This document shows, one piece after another, positions 20,022 to 29,774 of a stretch of DNA of 64,000 bases (its first letter is position 1; every line of letters starts with the position of its first letter). The position numbers and the translations under genes were made by a program. This DNA is from an uncultured delta proteobacterium. Lineage in GTDB: Bacteria > Desulfobacterota > Syntrophia > Syntrophales > UBA8958. The stretch is taken from the NCBI GenBank assembly GCA_903885795.1, contig CAISJV010000027.1, positions 22,943-86,942 on the forward strand, given 5' to 3'. The notes below the pieces were generated by a model that worked only from the letters and a program-made list of their open reading frames with translations, was not told the origin of the DNA and made no database searches.

Positions 20022-21296
20022 TCAGAAGCCAAATATGCCCCGCAGTCGATCTTTCACTCCTTCTTTGGATTTTACAGAATCGGAACCAGAATCCTCGTCC
20101 ACAGTCTGGGAGCCGCTTGGATCATCATCCTGGGATTTGGGTTGTTGTCTGCTTTTTGTTGAGGAATTACCTCTTCTGCTGCCATCATCAGTTGCCATCA
20201 ATGAAGTCATACCAGTTGATTTGAGACGAACCTTGACCGACCATTTGGGATCCCATGACTGCCTGGGATCCTTGGGCTTGGGCGGGTGAATCAGGTTCAG
20301 CTCTTCGCCATAGGCGATGAACTGCAACATGGCCCCTTGCGAATTCTTGAAGATGGGAGGTATGGTACAGGTTGTGCGGGAGGCATCCAGCACCACCTTT
20401 TCCTTAATAAAACGGTTCACATCACCGGGTGTCAGATAATCCTGCAGCGCAAAACCGATCTCGGGCACCTCACTGGCAGACCAGAATATTGAGTCACCGG
20501 ATAGCTGGTCATGCCCCATGGCGGCGGCAAAATATCCGATTGCTGTGGTAATTGGCTGCCATTCCACCTTCATGGCACCGGACGGAGTCGCTTGGATCGG
20601 TAAAAACTCCACCGATTCCATGAAGTCACGTTTCTTGTCCAGCACAAACGAAATATCCGGCAGATAATTTCCTTTAACCAGATGGCTTCCAACCAGCGAA
20701 CTGTCCTTGGGAACATCAGTCCGTTCTTCACTATTGGGCCATTCTCCATATATCCAGCCCTTATGGGCAGAAGGCGGAATCTGGCGCGTCGGTGATCTGC
20801 CGGCAAAGGCCTTGCCGAAATCGGCGGGGCTCATCTTGGCAGTGTCAATCACTCTGGGCTGGCCTTTGCCCACTGTCTCGCCACAACCCCAGTAAATCAG
20901 CATGCGTACCTTCGGTTTTTCAAGCTTCTCCGGTTTTTCCCCCTTACTCGGCATATATTCATGCTTCTCCACCTGCGGCGTCACAAGAGGCAGCGACGCT
21001 CCCATGTTCAGGCCGGGAGGGATCACGTGAGATGCCTGTGGCTTGTCGGTTACCACCAGAGGTGATTCGGTCTTCAGAAGCAGTTCACGACGCGGACCAA
21101 GGCCCATTTTCCCGCCCATCAGAGCTGCCATGCCGGTCATCTGTCCCGACATCCCGGGGATACTCTGATTGGTTGTGGCAATACTCATCCAGTAATGGGG
21201 ATAGGGCTTGATTTTTTCGGCTGCATGGCCGGGTATCGCTATGAGCAACAACAAACAGCAAGGGGCTAAAAGATCAACTAAGCGGAAACCTCTCAT
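20022..21296 (-). CDS. secreted protein of unknown function
   Basis: 424 aa. Signal peptide MRGFRLVDLLAPCCLLLLIAIPGHAAE. Met/Gly-rich stretch SIPGMSGQMTGMAALMGGKMG. Acidic/Ser-rich C-terminal tail ending RGIFGF. I recognise no family. Confidence 0.6.
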   Translation of the reverse strand: MRGFRLVDLLAPCCLLLLIAIPGHAAEKIKPYPHYWMSIATTNQSIPGMSGQMTGMAALMGGKMGLGPRRELLLKTESPLVVTDKPQASHVIPPGLNMGASLPLVTPQVEKHEYMPSKGEKPEKLEKPKVRMLIYWGCGETVGKGQPRVIDTAKMSPADFGKAFAGRSPTRQIPPSAHKGWIYGEWPNSEERTDVPKDSSLVGSHLVKGNYLPDISFVLDKKRDFMESVEFLPIQATPSGAMKVEWQPITTAIGYFAAAMGHDQLSGDSIFWSASEVPEIGFALQDYLTPGDVNRFIKEKVVLDASRTTCTIPPIFKNSQGAMLQFIAYGEELNLIHPPKPKDPRQSWDPKWSVKVRLKSTGMTSLMATDDGSRRGNSSTKSRQQPKSQDDDPSGSQTVDEDSGSDSVKSKEGVKDRLRGIFGF

Positions 21297-21769
21297 AATT
21301 CCTCCTTCACATGAGTATTGGAAACTCCAACTTGTGATACGCGATGTTCCATCGACAAACTAATGTGTGTAGACCTGAATCGCTCGGCACGTCTTCTGAC
21401 ACTCAACTATAACAGATCACGCATTTTATCAAACGCAATTTTTCATGCACGCAATTTTTCATGCACGCCTTTTTCCATGATGCGTTATAAATGGATGTAG
21501 CCATCCCGGGAGTGGTCTGGTCTTGATAGGGGTGATCAATAAGCATCTAAATCTTCTGCCCATGCAAGAAAGGCATGCCTGTTGTTTTCAGTAAATGCTC
21601 TTTAGCAGGATAAACCCGTCATATCTTCATCCCTGAATGTCAAGATGAGAATATGGAAGACTAGCGGGTAGGGGAATCGAGTAACATCAAATTGACATTA
21701 TCACCAAAAAATGTCTTTCCGCTGAGCTTGGGACTGTGCTATATACCTCGCCGCCTGGAGGTGTGAATC

Positions 21770-23038
21770 GTGGCTATAAATGCTGAGCCTCAGGTTTTTT
21801 TGTTTTTAAGCGAAATCCTGGGACAACCAATCATAGGGCCGGAAGGCCAGTCGATGGGCAAGATTATGGATCTGGTAGCGACTCTGGCCGAGCCCTATCC
21901 CATTGTCACCGACGCCCTGCTCTCCCCCGAGGAGGGTCAGAAGACGGCGCTGTTTTATCGTTTCCCCGGTATTGAGGAAGGGCAGCGTCCATTCAAGGCG
22001 AATAGCGTCTGTCCCGATGATTTCCGGGCGCCATTCTTGCGGGACAACGAGCTGCTCCTGAAGGATGCCCTCCTGGACAAGCAGATTGTGGATACCCACG
22101 GCGCCAAGGTACTCCGGGTCAACGATCTACAGTTTCTCACGGCCCGTCAGGGACTCCACCTGGTTCATGTGGATGTAGGATTCCGGGGTCTCATGCGTCG
22201 CTCCGGACTGGAGAAGGTGGTTGATCTTTTTCTCCGTGGGCTTTTCGACTACGACCTGCCCAATCAGTTCATCTCATGGAGGTTTGTCCAACCCATTTCC
22301 TCGCCTGATCTCCTGCGCCTGAAGATCGCTCAGGACCGTCTCTCCCGAATTCATCCGGCTGATCTGGCAGATATTATTGAAGACCTTGATATGCGTCAGC
22401 GTAGCGCTGTTTTCCAGTCTCTCGATGTGGAAACAGCGGCAGAGACTCTTGAGGAAACGGATCCGAAGATTCAGGTCAGTCTGATCGAAAACATGAATGC
22501 TGCCGAAGCATCGGACATTATAGAAGAAATGTCTTTGAGTGAAGCGGCTGATCTTTTGGGCGATCTATCCAAAGAGAAGGCGGAAGGGATCTTGAAGGAG
22601 ATGGAGCAGGATATGGCGGATGACGTCAAGGAGCTTCTCACTCACCCTGAAGAAGAGGCGGGGGGGCTGATGACTTCTGCCTTTCTTCATTTCTTGCCTT
22701 CGGCGACGGTTGACAAAGTCATTTCAACCATCCGGCACGAAGCCGAGGATATGGATTTTATCTATTATGTTTATGTTGTTGACGAGGACGAGCATCTCCT
22801 GGGAATGATCAGTCTAAAAGAACTCCTCGTGGCGCCAGGTGAGGCCCTGCTGGCAGAACTTATGGAAGACAGGGTGGTTTCCGTCCATCTTGATGAGGAT
22901 AAAGATGAAATCGCCGATCTTTTTGCAAAATATGGCATGATGGCAATTCCGGTTGTAGATGATGGGAATAGAATCAAGGGGGTGATCCTTTTCAAGAATC
23001 TCCTCGAAGTCGTGGCCCCCCACTTGGGTAAGAAATAA
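21770..23038 (+). CDS. soluble MgtE-like protein: PRC-barrel-like N-terminus, MgtE N-domain and CBS pair, no membrane domain
   Basis: GTG start 8 nt after GGAGG. IHPADLADIIEDLDMRQRSAVFQSLDVETAAETLEE... matches the MgtE_N domain. A CBS pair follows (YVYVVDEDEHLLGMISLKELL..., MMAIPVVDDGNRIKGVILFKNLL). The protein ends without any TM segment. Confidence 0.8.
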   Translation: MAINAEPQVFLFLSEILGQPIIGPEGQSMGKIMDLVATLAEPYPIVTDALLSPEEGQKTALFYRFPGIEEGQRPFKANSVCPDDFRAPFLRDNELLLKDALLDKQIVDTHGAKVLRVNDLQFLTARQGLHLVHVDVGFRGLMRRSGLEKVVDLFLRGLFDYDLPNQFISWRFVQPISSPDLLRLKIAQDRLSRIHPADLADIIEDLDMRQRSAVFQSLDVETAAETLEETDPKIQVSLIENMNAAEASDIIEEMSLSEAADLLGDLSKEKAEGILKEMEQDMADDVKELLTHPEEEAGGLMTSAFLHFLPSATVDKVISTIRHEAEDMDFIYYVYVVDEDEHLLGMISLKELLVAPGEALLAELMEDRVVSVHLDEDKDEIADLFAKYGMMAIPVVDDGNRIKGVILFKNLLEVVAPHLGKK

Positions 23039-23063
23039 TCATGGACGAAGGCGAAGGTCATCA

Positions 23064-24344
23064 ATGCCGGAAAATGAAGATAAATCACCAAAGAATATCT
23101 TTCATCGCCTTTCCCGGCGGGGATTCTGGCGATCCATGGGATTGCTTTTTGCTCTCATCGGGCCGGGGATCATTACCTCCAACGTGGACAATGACGCAGG
23201 CGGCATTACCACCTATTCTCTGGCCGGGGCTCAATTTGGTCTCTCCCTCATCTGGATACTCCTTCCGATCACCATTGCCCTGATCATTATTCAGGAGATG
23301 TGCGCCCGGATGGGCGTCGTTTCCGGGAAAGGATTGTCAGACCTCATTCGGGAACGTTTCGGAGCCAGGATTACGGTCTATCTTATGATCGTCCTTTTTT
23401 TAGCCAATCTCGGCAACACTATTTCCGAGTTTGCCGGAATTGCTGCCAGCCTGGAGATCTTCGGTGTCAGTAAATATATCTCTGTTCCTTTCGGGGCTTT
23501 TTTCGTCTGGTGGCTAGTCGTCAAAGGCAATTATAAATCCGTTGAGAAGGTCTTTCTGGTTGCCTGTCTTTTCTATGTCTCTTACATTATTTCCGGTTTT
23601 ATGGGGAAGCCGGACTGGGGACAGATTGGCAAGGCGCTGATCACGCCTACAATCCATTCCGATCCCGCTTTTCTGACCATGGCCGTTGGTATTGTTGGAA
23701 CCACCATTGCCCCGTGGATGCAGTTTTATCTCCAGTCCTCTGTGGTAGATAAGGGACTCAAGGCTGAAGACTATGCCTATACAAGGGTCGATATTATTGT
23801 CGGTTCTTTTACGGTCAACATCGTGGCTTTCTTCATTATCATGCTGTGTGCCGTGACGCTGTTTCAGCAGGGTATCAAGATTGAAACAGCCAAAGACGCG
23901 GCTCAGGCCTTGGCCCCTCTTGCCGGTGCGTACTGTACCTGGCTTTTCGCTTTTGGCCTGTTGAACGCTTCCCTCTTTGCCGCTTCGATCCTGCCTTTAT
24001 CGACAGCCTATACGATCTGTGAGGCCTTTGGGTGGGAATCCAGTGTAAATCACAAGTTCACTGAAGCACCTCAATTTTATTGGCTTTATTCCCTGATGAT
24101 CTTTCTCGGCGCTGCGATTATTCTGTTTCCGAACATGCCCCTTGTTGCCATCATGTTTTACTCCCAGGTCATCAACGGGATGCTTTTACCCTTCATTCTG
24201 ATTTTTATGCTCCTGTTGATTAACGATCGTCGGATCATGGGCGATTATGTGAACAGTAAATTCATGAATGGCGTAACCTGGCTCACGGTAGGCGTTTTGA
24301 TTATGCTATCGGTGGCGATGGTGATCAGCGCCGTGTTTTCATGA
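23064..24344 (+). CDS. NRAMP/SLC11-family transporter with an NRMT-type (putative Mg2+) metal site
   Basis: 426 aa with ~11 TM segments. The TM1 motif reads NVDNDAGG, where canonical NRAMPs have DPGN. The TM6 motif reads GTTIAPWMQFYLQS, where canonical NRAMPs have GA-x-IMPHNLYLHS. Confidence 0.85.
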   Translation: MPENEDKSPKNIFHRLSRRGFWRSMGLLFALIGPGIITSNVDNDAGGITTYSLAGAQFGLSLIWILLPITIALIIIQEMCARMGVVSGKGLSDLIRERFGARITVYLMIVLFLANLGNTISEFAGIAASLEIFGVSKYISVPFGAFFVWWLVVKGNYKSVEKVFLVACLFYVSYIISGFMGKPDWGQIGKALITPTIHSDPAFLTMAVGIVGTTIAPWMQFYLQSSVVDKGLKAEDYAYTRVDIIVGSFTVNIVAFFIIMLCAVTLFQQGIKIETAKDAAQALAPLAGAYCTWLFAFGLLNASLFAASILPLSTAYTICEAFGWESSVNHKFTEAPQFYWLYSLMIFLGAAIILFPNMPLVAIMFYSQVINGMLLPFILIFMLLLINDRRIMGDYVNSKFMNGVTWLTVGVLIMLSVAMVISAVFS

Positions 24345-24352
24345 TGGTGGTT

Positions 24353-24477
24353 ATTCCGATTCTAAATCAAAGACGATATCAAAGCGGCGAGGAAGAGGCG
24401 ACGCAGGCGTATTGTTTATACGCCGAAGAGCCGATGACGATGCCAACGAAGATAGCGCTTTGATTTAGAATCGGAAT
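24353..24477. repeat. 125-bp palindromic intergenic element (REP/MITE-like, probable bidirectional terminator)
   Basis: Perfect 20-bp inverted repeat: attccgattctaaatcaaag (24353-24372) and ctttgatttagaatcggaat (24458-24477). Inner hairpin ggcgtat-tgttt-atacgcc. It fills the whole gap between two convergent genes. Its right 28 nt recur at 55869-55896. Confidence 0.8.
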
Positions 24478-25097
24478 TAATGAAGAAGGCTGCCGAGACG
24501 ACTCCAGCGGACAGAATTATCTTCCTTGTTCCATGACCAGTAGATAACAAAGGCCTTGCCCATGACATCCTTGAGATCGACAAAGCCCCAAAATCTACTG
24601 TCGTAACTCTGATCGCGGTTGTCTCCCATGGTGAATATGGCGCCCTTGGGGACGGTTATGGGGCCGAAATTGTCCCTTGGCTGGATGGCCCCGGGGATGA
24701 TGAAGTCATCGACATAGACGCCGTGCTTATCCTCATAGGGCATGCCATTTAGGAAGATCTTTTTGTTTTTGATCTCAATGGTGTCCCCGCTTACCCCGAT
24801 AACCCGCTTGATGAAATCTTTGGACCTGTCTTCGGGATAAATAAAAACGACAATTTCTCCTCTTTTGGGGTTACTGATCGGCACCAGGGTGTTCCGAAAA
24901 TAGGGCACCTTGATCCCGTAGCTGAACTTGCTGACCAGGATGTGGTCGCCGACCAGCAAGGTTGGTTTCATGGAACCGGAAGGGATCTTGAAGGCCTGTA
25001 CCACAAAGGTGCGGATGAAGAAGGCAATGAGAATGGCAATGATTATCGCTTCTGCGTATTCCTGAATCTTCGATTTGGTTTTAGTCATAACAGACAA
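24477..25097 (-). CDS. lepB: signal peptidase I
   Basis: 206 aa with the catalytic Ser box IPSGSMKPTL, then GDHILV and GDNRDQSYDSRFWG. Confidence 0.9.
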   Translation of the reverse strand: MSVMTKTKSKIQEYAEAIIIAILIAFFIRTFVVQAFKIPSGSMKPTLLVGDHILVSKFSYGIKVPYFRNTLVPISNPKRGEIVVFIYPEDRSKDFIKRVIGVSGDTIEIKNKKIFLNGMPYEDKHGVYVDDFIIPGAIQPRDNFGPITVPKGAIFTMGDNRDQSYDSRFWGFVDLKDVMGKAFVIYWSWNKEDNSVRWSRLGSLLH

Positions 25098-25115
25098 GAA
25101 TTCCTCTTTAAGGTT

Positions 25116-25628
25116 TTATGAGTAGATAGTGGTCAGTGAAATGACAACCATCGTAAAGGCGAGAGAGCCCTTTACGCAAATTCCCGCGATCCGTCCTAAA
25201 ATCATTCCGTAGCCGGCCCGAAATGCCGGTTTCAAACGCCGCTGCCTGATCATTTCAACAGCGAATACCCCGGCGAATCCCCCCAAAAAAGCCCCGGCAA
25301 TAGACCCGAAGCCAAGAAAGAAGGGGGTCAGCAGCGTTGCCCCGATCATGCTTCCCAGAATAGACGCCCAGAATCCTTTCACAGACAGGCCAAACTGCAA
25401 GGCAACAGACATGCCGATAAAAAATTCCAGCGTTTCTGCTAGGACCGCGAGCACCAACATGATCAGGATCACCTTCCAGCCAATCGGGTTGAAGCCGGTT
25501 ACCACTGCATAGATGATGACGTCGGCGGCAATGATGATGGTCCCCGGCAGTCCGAAAATAATCGAAAAGAACCCTGAGAAAAGAACGATGATAAACAGGC
25601 TTATGCCGATGATCTCTATTGGCGACAA
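25116..25628 (-). CDS. DUF456-family membrane protein
   Basis: Hydrophobic protein with the FGLPGTIIIAADVIIY motif. I prefer a TTG start at 25628 (GAAGGA 9 nt upstream), which abuts the secF stop. The longer track ORF would overlap secF by 62 nt. Confidence 0.6.
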   Translation of the reverse strand: MSPIEIIGISLFIIVLFSGFFSIIFGLPGTIIIAADVIIYAVVTGFNPIGWKVILIMLVLAVLAETLEFFIGMSVALQFGLSVKGFWASILGSMIGATLLTPFFLGFGSIAGAFLGGFAGVFAVEMIRQRRLKPAFRAGYGMILGRIAGICVKGSLAFTMVVISLTTIYS

Positions 25629-25632
25629 TTTG

Positions 25633-26538
25633 TCATTTCCTTCTTGGGCGCGATGGCCAGTATTTTTCCCAGGCAAGGACCACGGGACTGGCAATGAACA
25701 CGGAGGAGTAGGTTCCGAAGATTACTCCAACGAGGAGGGCGAAGGCAAAGTCATTGATCACAGCCCCACCGAATACATATAGAACCGCTACGACCAGAAC
25801 TACGGTGAATGATGTCAGAATGGTCCGGCTCAGGGTCTGGTTGATGCTCTCGTTCATCACCGTAGGCAGGTCCTTTTTCATATTTTTAGGGATATTTTCC
25901 CGGACACGGTCGAAAACGACGATGGTATCGTGGATAGAGTATCCGATGATAGTCAGCAGAGCAGCTACAATGGTGAGGGTGAACTCTTTCCCCAAAAGGG
26001 AAAAGATGCCCAGGACCACGATGACATCATGAATGACCCCGACGATGCCACCCACGGCGAAGCGCAATTCGAAACGGATGGCGATATAGATGAGCATGCC
26101 GACCCAGGAGAAGACCACCGCCAAAATGGCTTTTTTCGTCAGATCCTTACCCACCTTCGGGCCGACAACCTCCACCCGCTGGACCTCCAGGTTTCCTTTT
26201 CCATAAGTGGCGTTGAGGGCCTCTTCGATGCGGCCGGCCAGTCCTTTCACGTCGGAAGTGGATTCGGCGGTTCGGACCACGACTTCATTGACGCCAAAGG
26301 GCTGAATGATAGCGTCCATGATGCCAATTCCCGTCATGACCTTTCTGATGCCGTCGGCAGATGTCTCCTGTTTGAATTTGATCTGCACGAGGGTGCCCCC
26401 CGCAAAATCTATCCCGTAGGTAAATCCCTTCCATACAAAGGATACGACGCACAGCATTGTCAGCACAAGTGAAAAGATGATGCACCATTTCATTGCACCG
26501 ACGAAATTTATATTGATACCTGGTTTGACGAGTTCCAT
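25633..26538 (-). CDS. secF: protein translocase subunit SecF
   Basis: 301 aa. GINFVG..GIDFAGGT and the conserved C-terminal TM bundle. It lies downstream of secD. Confidence 0.95.
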   Translation of the reverse strand: MELVKPGININFVGAMKWCIIFSLVLTMLCVVSFVWKGFTYGIDFAGGTLVQIKFKQETSADGIRKVMTGIGIMDAIIQPFGVNEVVVRTAESTSDVKGLAGRIEEALNATYGKGNLEVQRVEVVGPKVGKDLTKKAILAVVFSWVGMLIYIAIRFELRFAVGGIVGVIHDVIVVLGIFSLLGKEFTLTIVAALLTIIGYSIHDTIVVFDRVRENIPKNMKKDLPTVMNESINQTLSRTILTSFTVVLVVAVLYVFGGAVINDFAFALLVGVIFGTYSSVFIASPVVLAWEKYWPSRPRRK

Positions 26539-26551
26539 GTCTGCTCCTTAG

Positions 26552-28156
26552 TTATACGCTAATCGCGGAGATCTTGCGATTCCAGATAAAGTAGTCGAAG
26601 ATGATCCGGGTGACGAATACCGCCGTAAAAAGACTGGCGACAATACCAACGCTCAGGGTCATGGCAAAACCCTTGACTGGCCCTGTTCCGAACCCGAAGA
26701 GAAAAAGGCAGGCAATCAGGGCATTGACATTTGTATCCAGAATAGTGAGAAACGCCTTGCCGTATCCCGTTTCCACTGCCACCCGGGGCGTTTTCCCCGC
26801 TCGGAGTTCTTCCCGTATCCTTTCAAAGATCAGCACATTGGCGTCCACCGACATACCGATGATCAAGACAATGCCGGCGATACCGGGCAAGGTCAGGGTG
26901 GCCCGAAATGCTGCGAGAAACCCCAGGAGAAGGACCATATTCAAAATCAGAGCGATATTGGCCACGATCCCGGAGAGTTTGTAATAGACGATCATGAACA
27001 GGGCGACGGCAAATAAGCCGATAGCGGCTGCCCAGGCGCCCTTGTCTATGGAATCCTGTCCTAGGGAAGGCCCGACAGTCCTTTCCTCCAGGATGGTGAC
27101 CGGGGCCGGCAACGCGCCCGCCCGAAGAACGATGGACAGGTCTTTGGCCTCATCCATACTGAAGGACCCGGTTATCTGAGCGTTGCCACCGGAAATTCTT
27201 TCCTGAATTACCGGGGCGGAATACACAGCGCCGTCCAGAACGATAGCCATGCGCTTTTTGACGTTTTCTCCCGTAATCCGGTCGAAATCCTGGGCGCCCT
27301 GGGCATTAAACTTCAATGAAACGTGGGGTTCGCCAAACCGATCGCCGATAGCGACCTTGGCGCTCTCAAGGGCGCTTCCGGTCATGACGGTTTTGGCCTT
27401 CAGCAGGATCGGGCTGTTGGCTCGGCGCCCCGATGCCCGGTCGATCCTGTATTCATAGGCCAACTGGCTGCCCTCGGGAACGTTTCCCCGCACTGCCTCT
27501 TCAAGGGAGTGTTCTTCGTCAACGATTTTGAATTCCAGAAGGGCAGTCTTGCCGATGAGGTTTTTCGCCCGGACCGTGTCTTTGATGCCGGGCAGCTGGA
27601 TAACGATGCGGTCCTTTCCTTCCGGGATGATTTCCGGTTCGGTAACTCCGAATTGGTCAACACGGTTGCGGATAGTTTCGAGACTTTGCTCTATGGCGTG
27701 TTTTTTGAGTTCACCGACCCGTTTTTCCTTGATGCGGACAGTAACAGTTTCCCGTCCATCACGGATTTCGGAGGAGCCAGCTTCCAGATCAGGGTAAGAA
27801 TCTTTCAGGATTGTTTCAAATGCTGCCTTGGATTGGCTGTCGGGAAACTCATAGGCTGCGGACAGATTACCTCCCGTTCTCTCGACATACCTGAAACGGA
27901 CCTTTTTTTCCATAAGGGTTTCTTTCAGGCTTTCCGCAGACCGAGACAGAATTGCTTCCACCGCTTTGTTGGTGTCTACCTCCAGAACCAGATGGATGCC
28001 TCCCTGAAGGTCAAGACCTAATGGAATCTTATCTGCCGGAAGATTCTTTTTCCAAAATTCCGGCAGATTATCCGTCATGGATGGAATGAGATAAAAAAGG
28101 GCGGCAAGACAGACCACAGCCGTTATGGCCGCCCGAATGCTAATGCTTTTAATCAT
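26552..28156 (-). CDS. secD: protein translocase subunit SecD
   Basis: 534 aa with the LGLDLQGGIHLVLEV, PGIAGIVLIIGMSVDANVLIFERIREE motifs. Confidence 0.95.
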   Translation of the reverse strand: MIKSISIRAAITAVVCLAALFYLIPSMTDNLPEFWKKNLPADKIPLGLDLQGGIHLVLEVDTNKAVEAILSRSAESLKETLMEKKVRFRYVERTGGNLSAAYEFPDSQSKAAFETILKDSYPDLEAGSSEIRDGRETVTVRIKEKRVGELKKHAIEQSLETIRNRVDQFGVTEPEIIPEGKDRIVIQLPGIKDTVRAKNLIGKTALLEFKIVDEEHSLEEAVRGNVPEGSQLAYEYRIDRASGRRANSPILLKAKTVMTGSALESAKVAIGDRFGEPHVSLKFNAQGAQDFDRITGENVKKRMAIVLDGAVYSAPVIQERISGGNAQITGSFSMDEAKDLSIVLRAGALPAPVTILEERTVGPSLGQDSIDKGAWAAAIGLFAVALFMIVYYKLSGIVANIALILNMVLLLGFLAAFRATLTLPGIAGIVLIIGMSVDANVLIFERIREELRAGKTPRVAVETGYGKAFLTILDTNVNALIACLFLFGFGTGPVKGFAMTLSVGIVASLFTAVFVTRIIFDYFIWNRKISAISV

Positions 28157-28213
28157 GCCTTACCTCGCTTATCGTTGCTCGTCTTTAATTGATAGTTTGT
28201 AAGTTTTCATTTC

Positions 28214-28540
28214 TTATTCCTTGTTTGCCTTCTGGAGCACGGCGCCGATGAAACTTCTCGAAATCTTGATTCTGATTTTATCGGCAATCTCAAGGGTAAC
28301 AATGGCGTCTGTCAATGCTACGACCTTCCCATGAATCCCCCCGGAGGTTACTACCGTATCCCCATGGGCCAGGTTATCGAGCATGGACTTCAATTCCTTC
28401 TGTTTCTGCTGTTGTGGCCTAATGAGGAGAAAATAAAAGATGGCGAACAGAATCGCCATCACCAACATGAAACTCCAGTCTCCTCCGGCCCCTGGCATGC
28501 CGCCGCCCATCCCCCCCATCGCATAAGCTGTATCGATCAA
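28214..28540 (-). CDS. yajC: preprotein translocase subunit YajC
   Basis: 108 aa. FYFLLIRPQQQKQKELKSML..L..GD.V.T.GGI.G is the YajC signature. Confidence 0.9.
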   Translation of the reverse strand: MIDTAYAMGGMGGGMPGAGGDWSFMLVMAILFAIFYFLLIRPQQQKQKELKSMLDNLAHGDTVVTSGGIHGKVVALTDAIVTLEIADKIRIKISRSFIGAVLQKANKE

Positions 28541-28608
28541 TTACCTTTCCTCCTTAATTTGAATCCCCCCCATCGATTCATACCGGGGGAGAGGATTATC
28601 CCCTTTCC

Positions 28609-29700
<1,092 letters not shown>

Positions 29701-29774
29701 TTATTGATCCCTGTTACCGTGAGAATTATTGCATAGCCGGAGAAAGATGGTTCGCAATCGGCGAATCAAATATC

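Noticed and set aside
21500-21770. A possible M-box (Mg2+) riboswitch ahead of the MgtE-sensor/NRMT genes. The hints are the short strings UAGGGGUGA, CUGCCC and GCUCUUUAGC.
   Set aside because: The matching strings are short and span only ~85 nt, whereas the M-box is ~160 nt with a defined three-helix arrangement. I could not build the conserved helices. The question is left as a cmscan suggestion in the findings only.
25629-25694. An upstream extension of the DUF456 ORF (ATG at 25694) overlaps secF by 62 nt.
   Set aside because: The extension (MPVPWSLPGKNTGHRAQEGNDK) is hydrophilic and unlike the family N-terminus. A TTG at 25628 with a GAAGGA RBS gives a non-overlapping gene. The start call remains uncertain.
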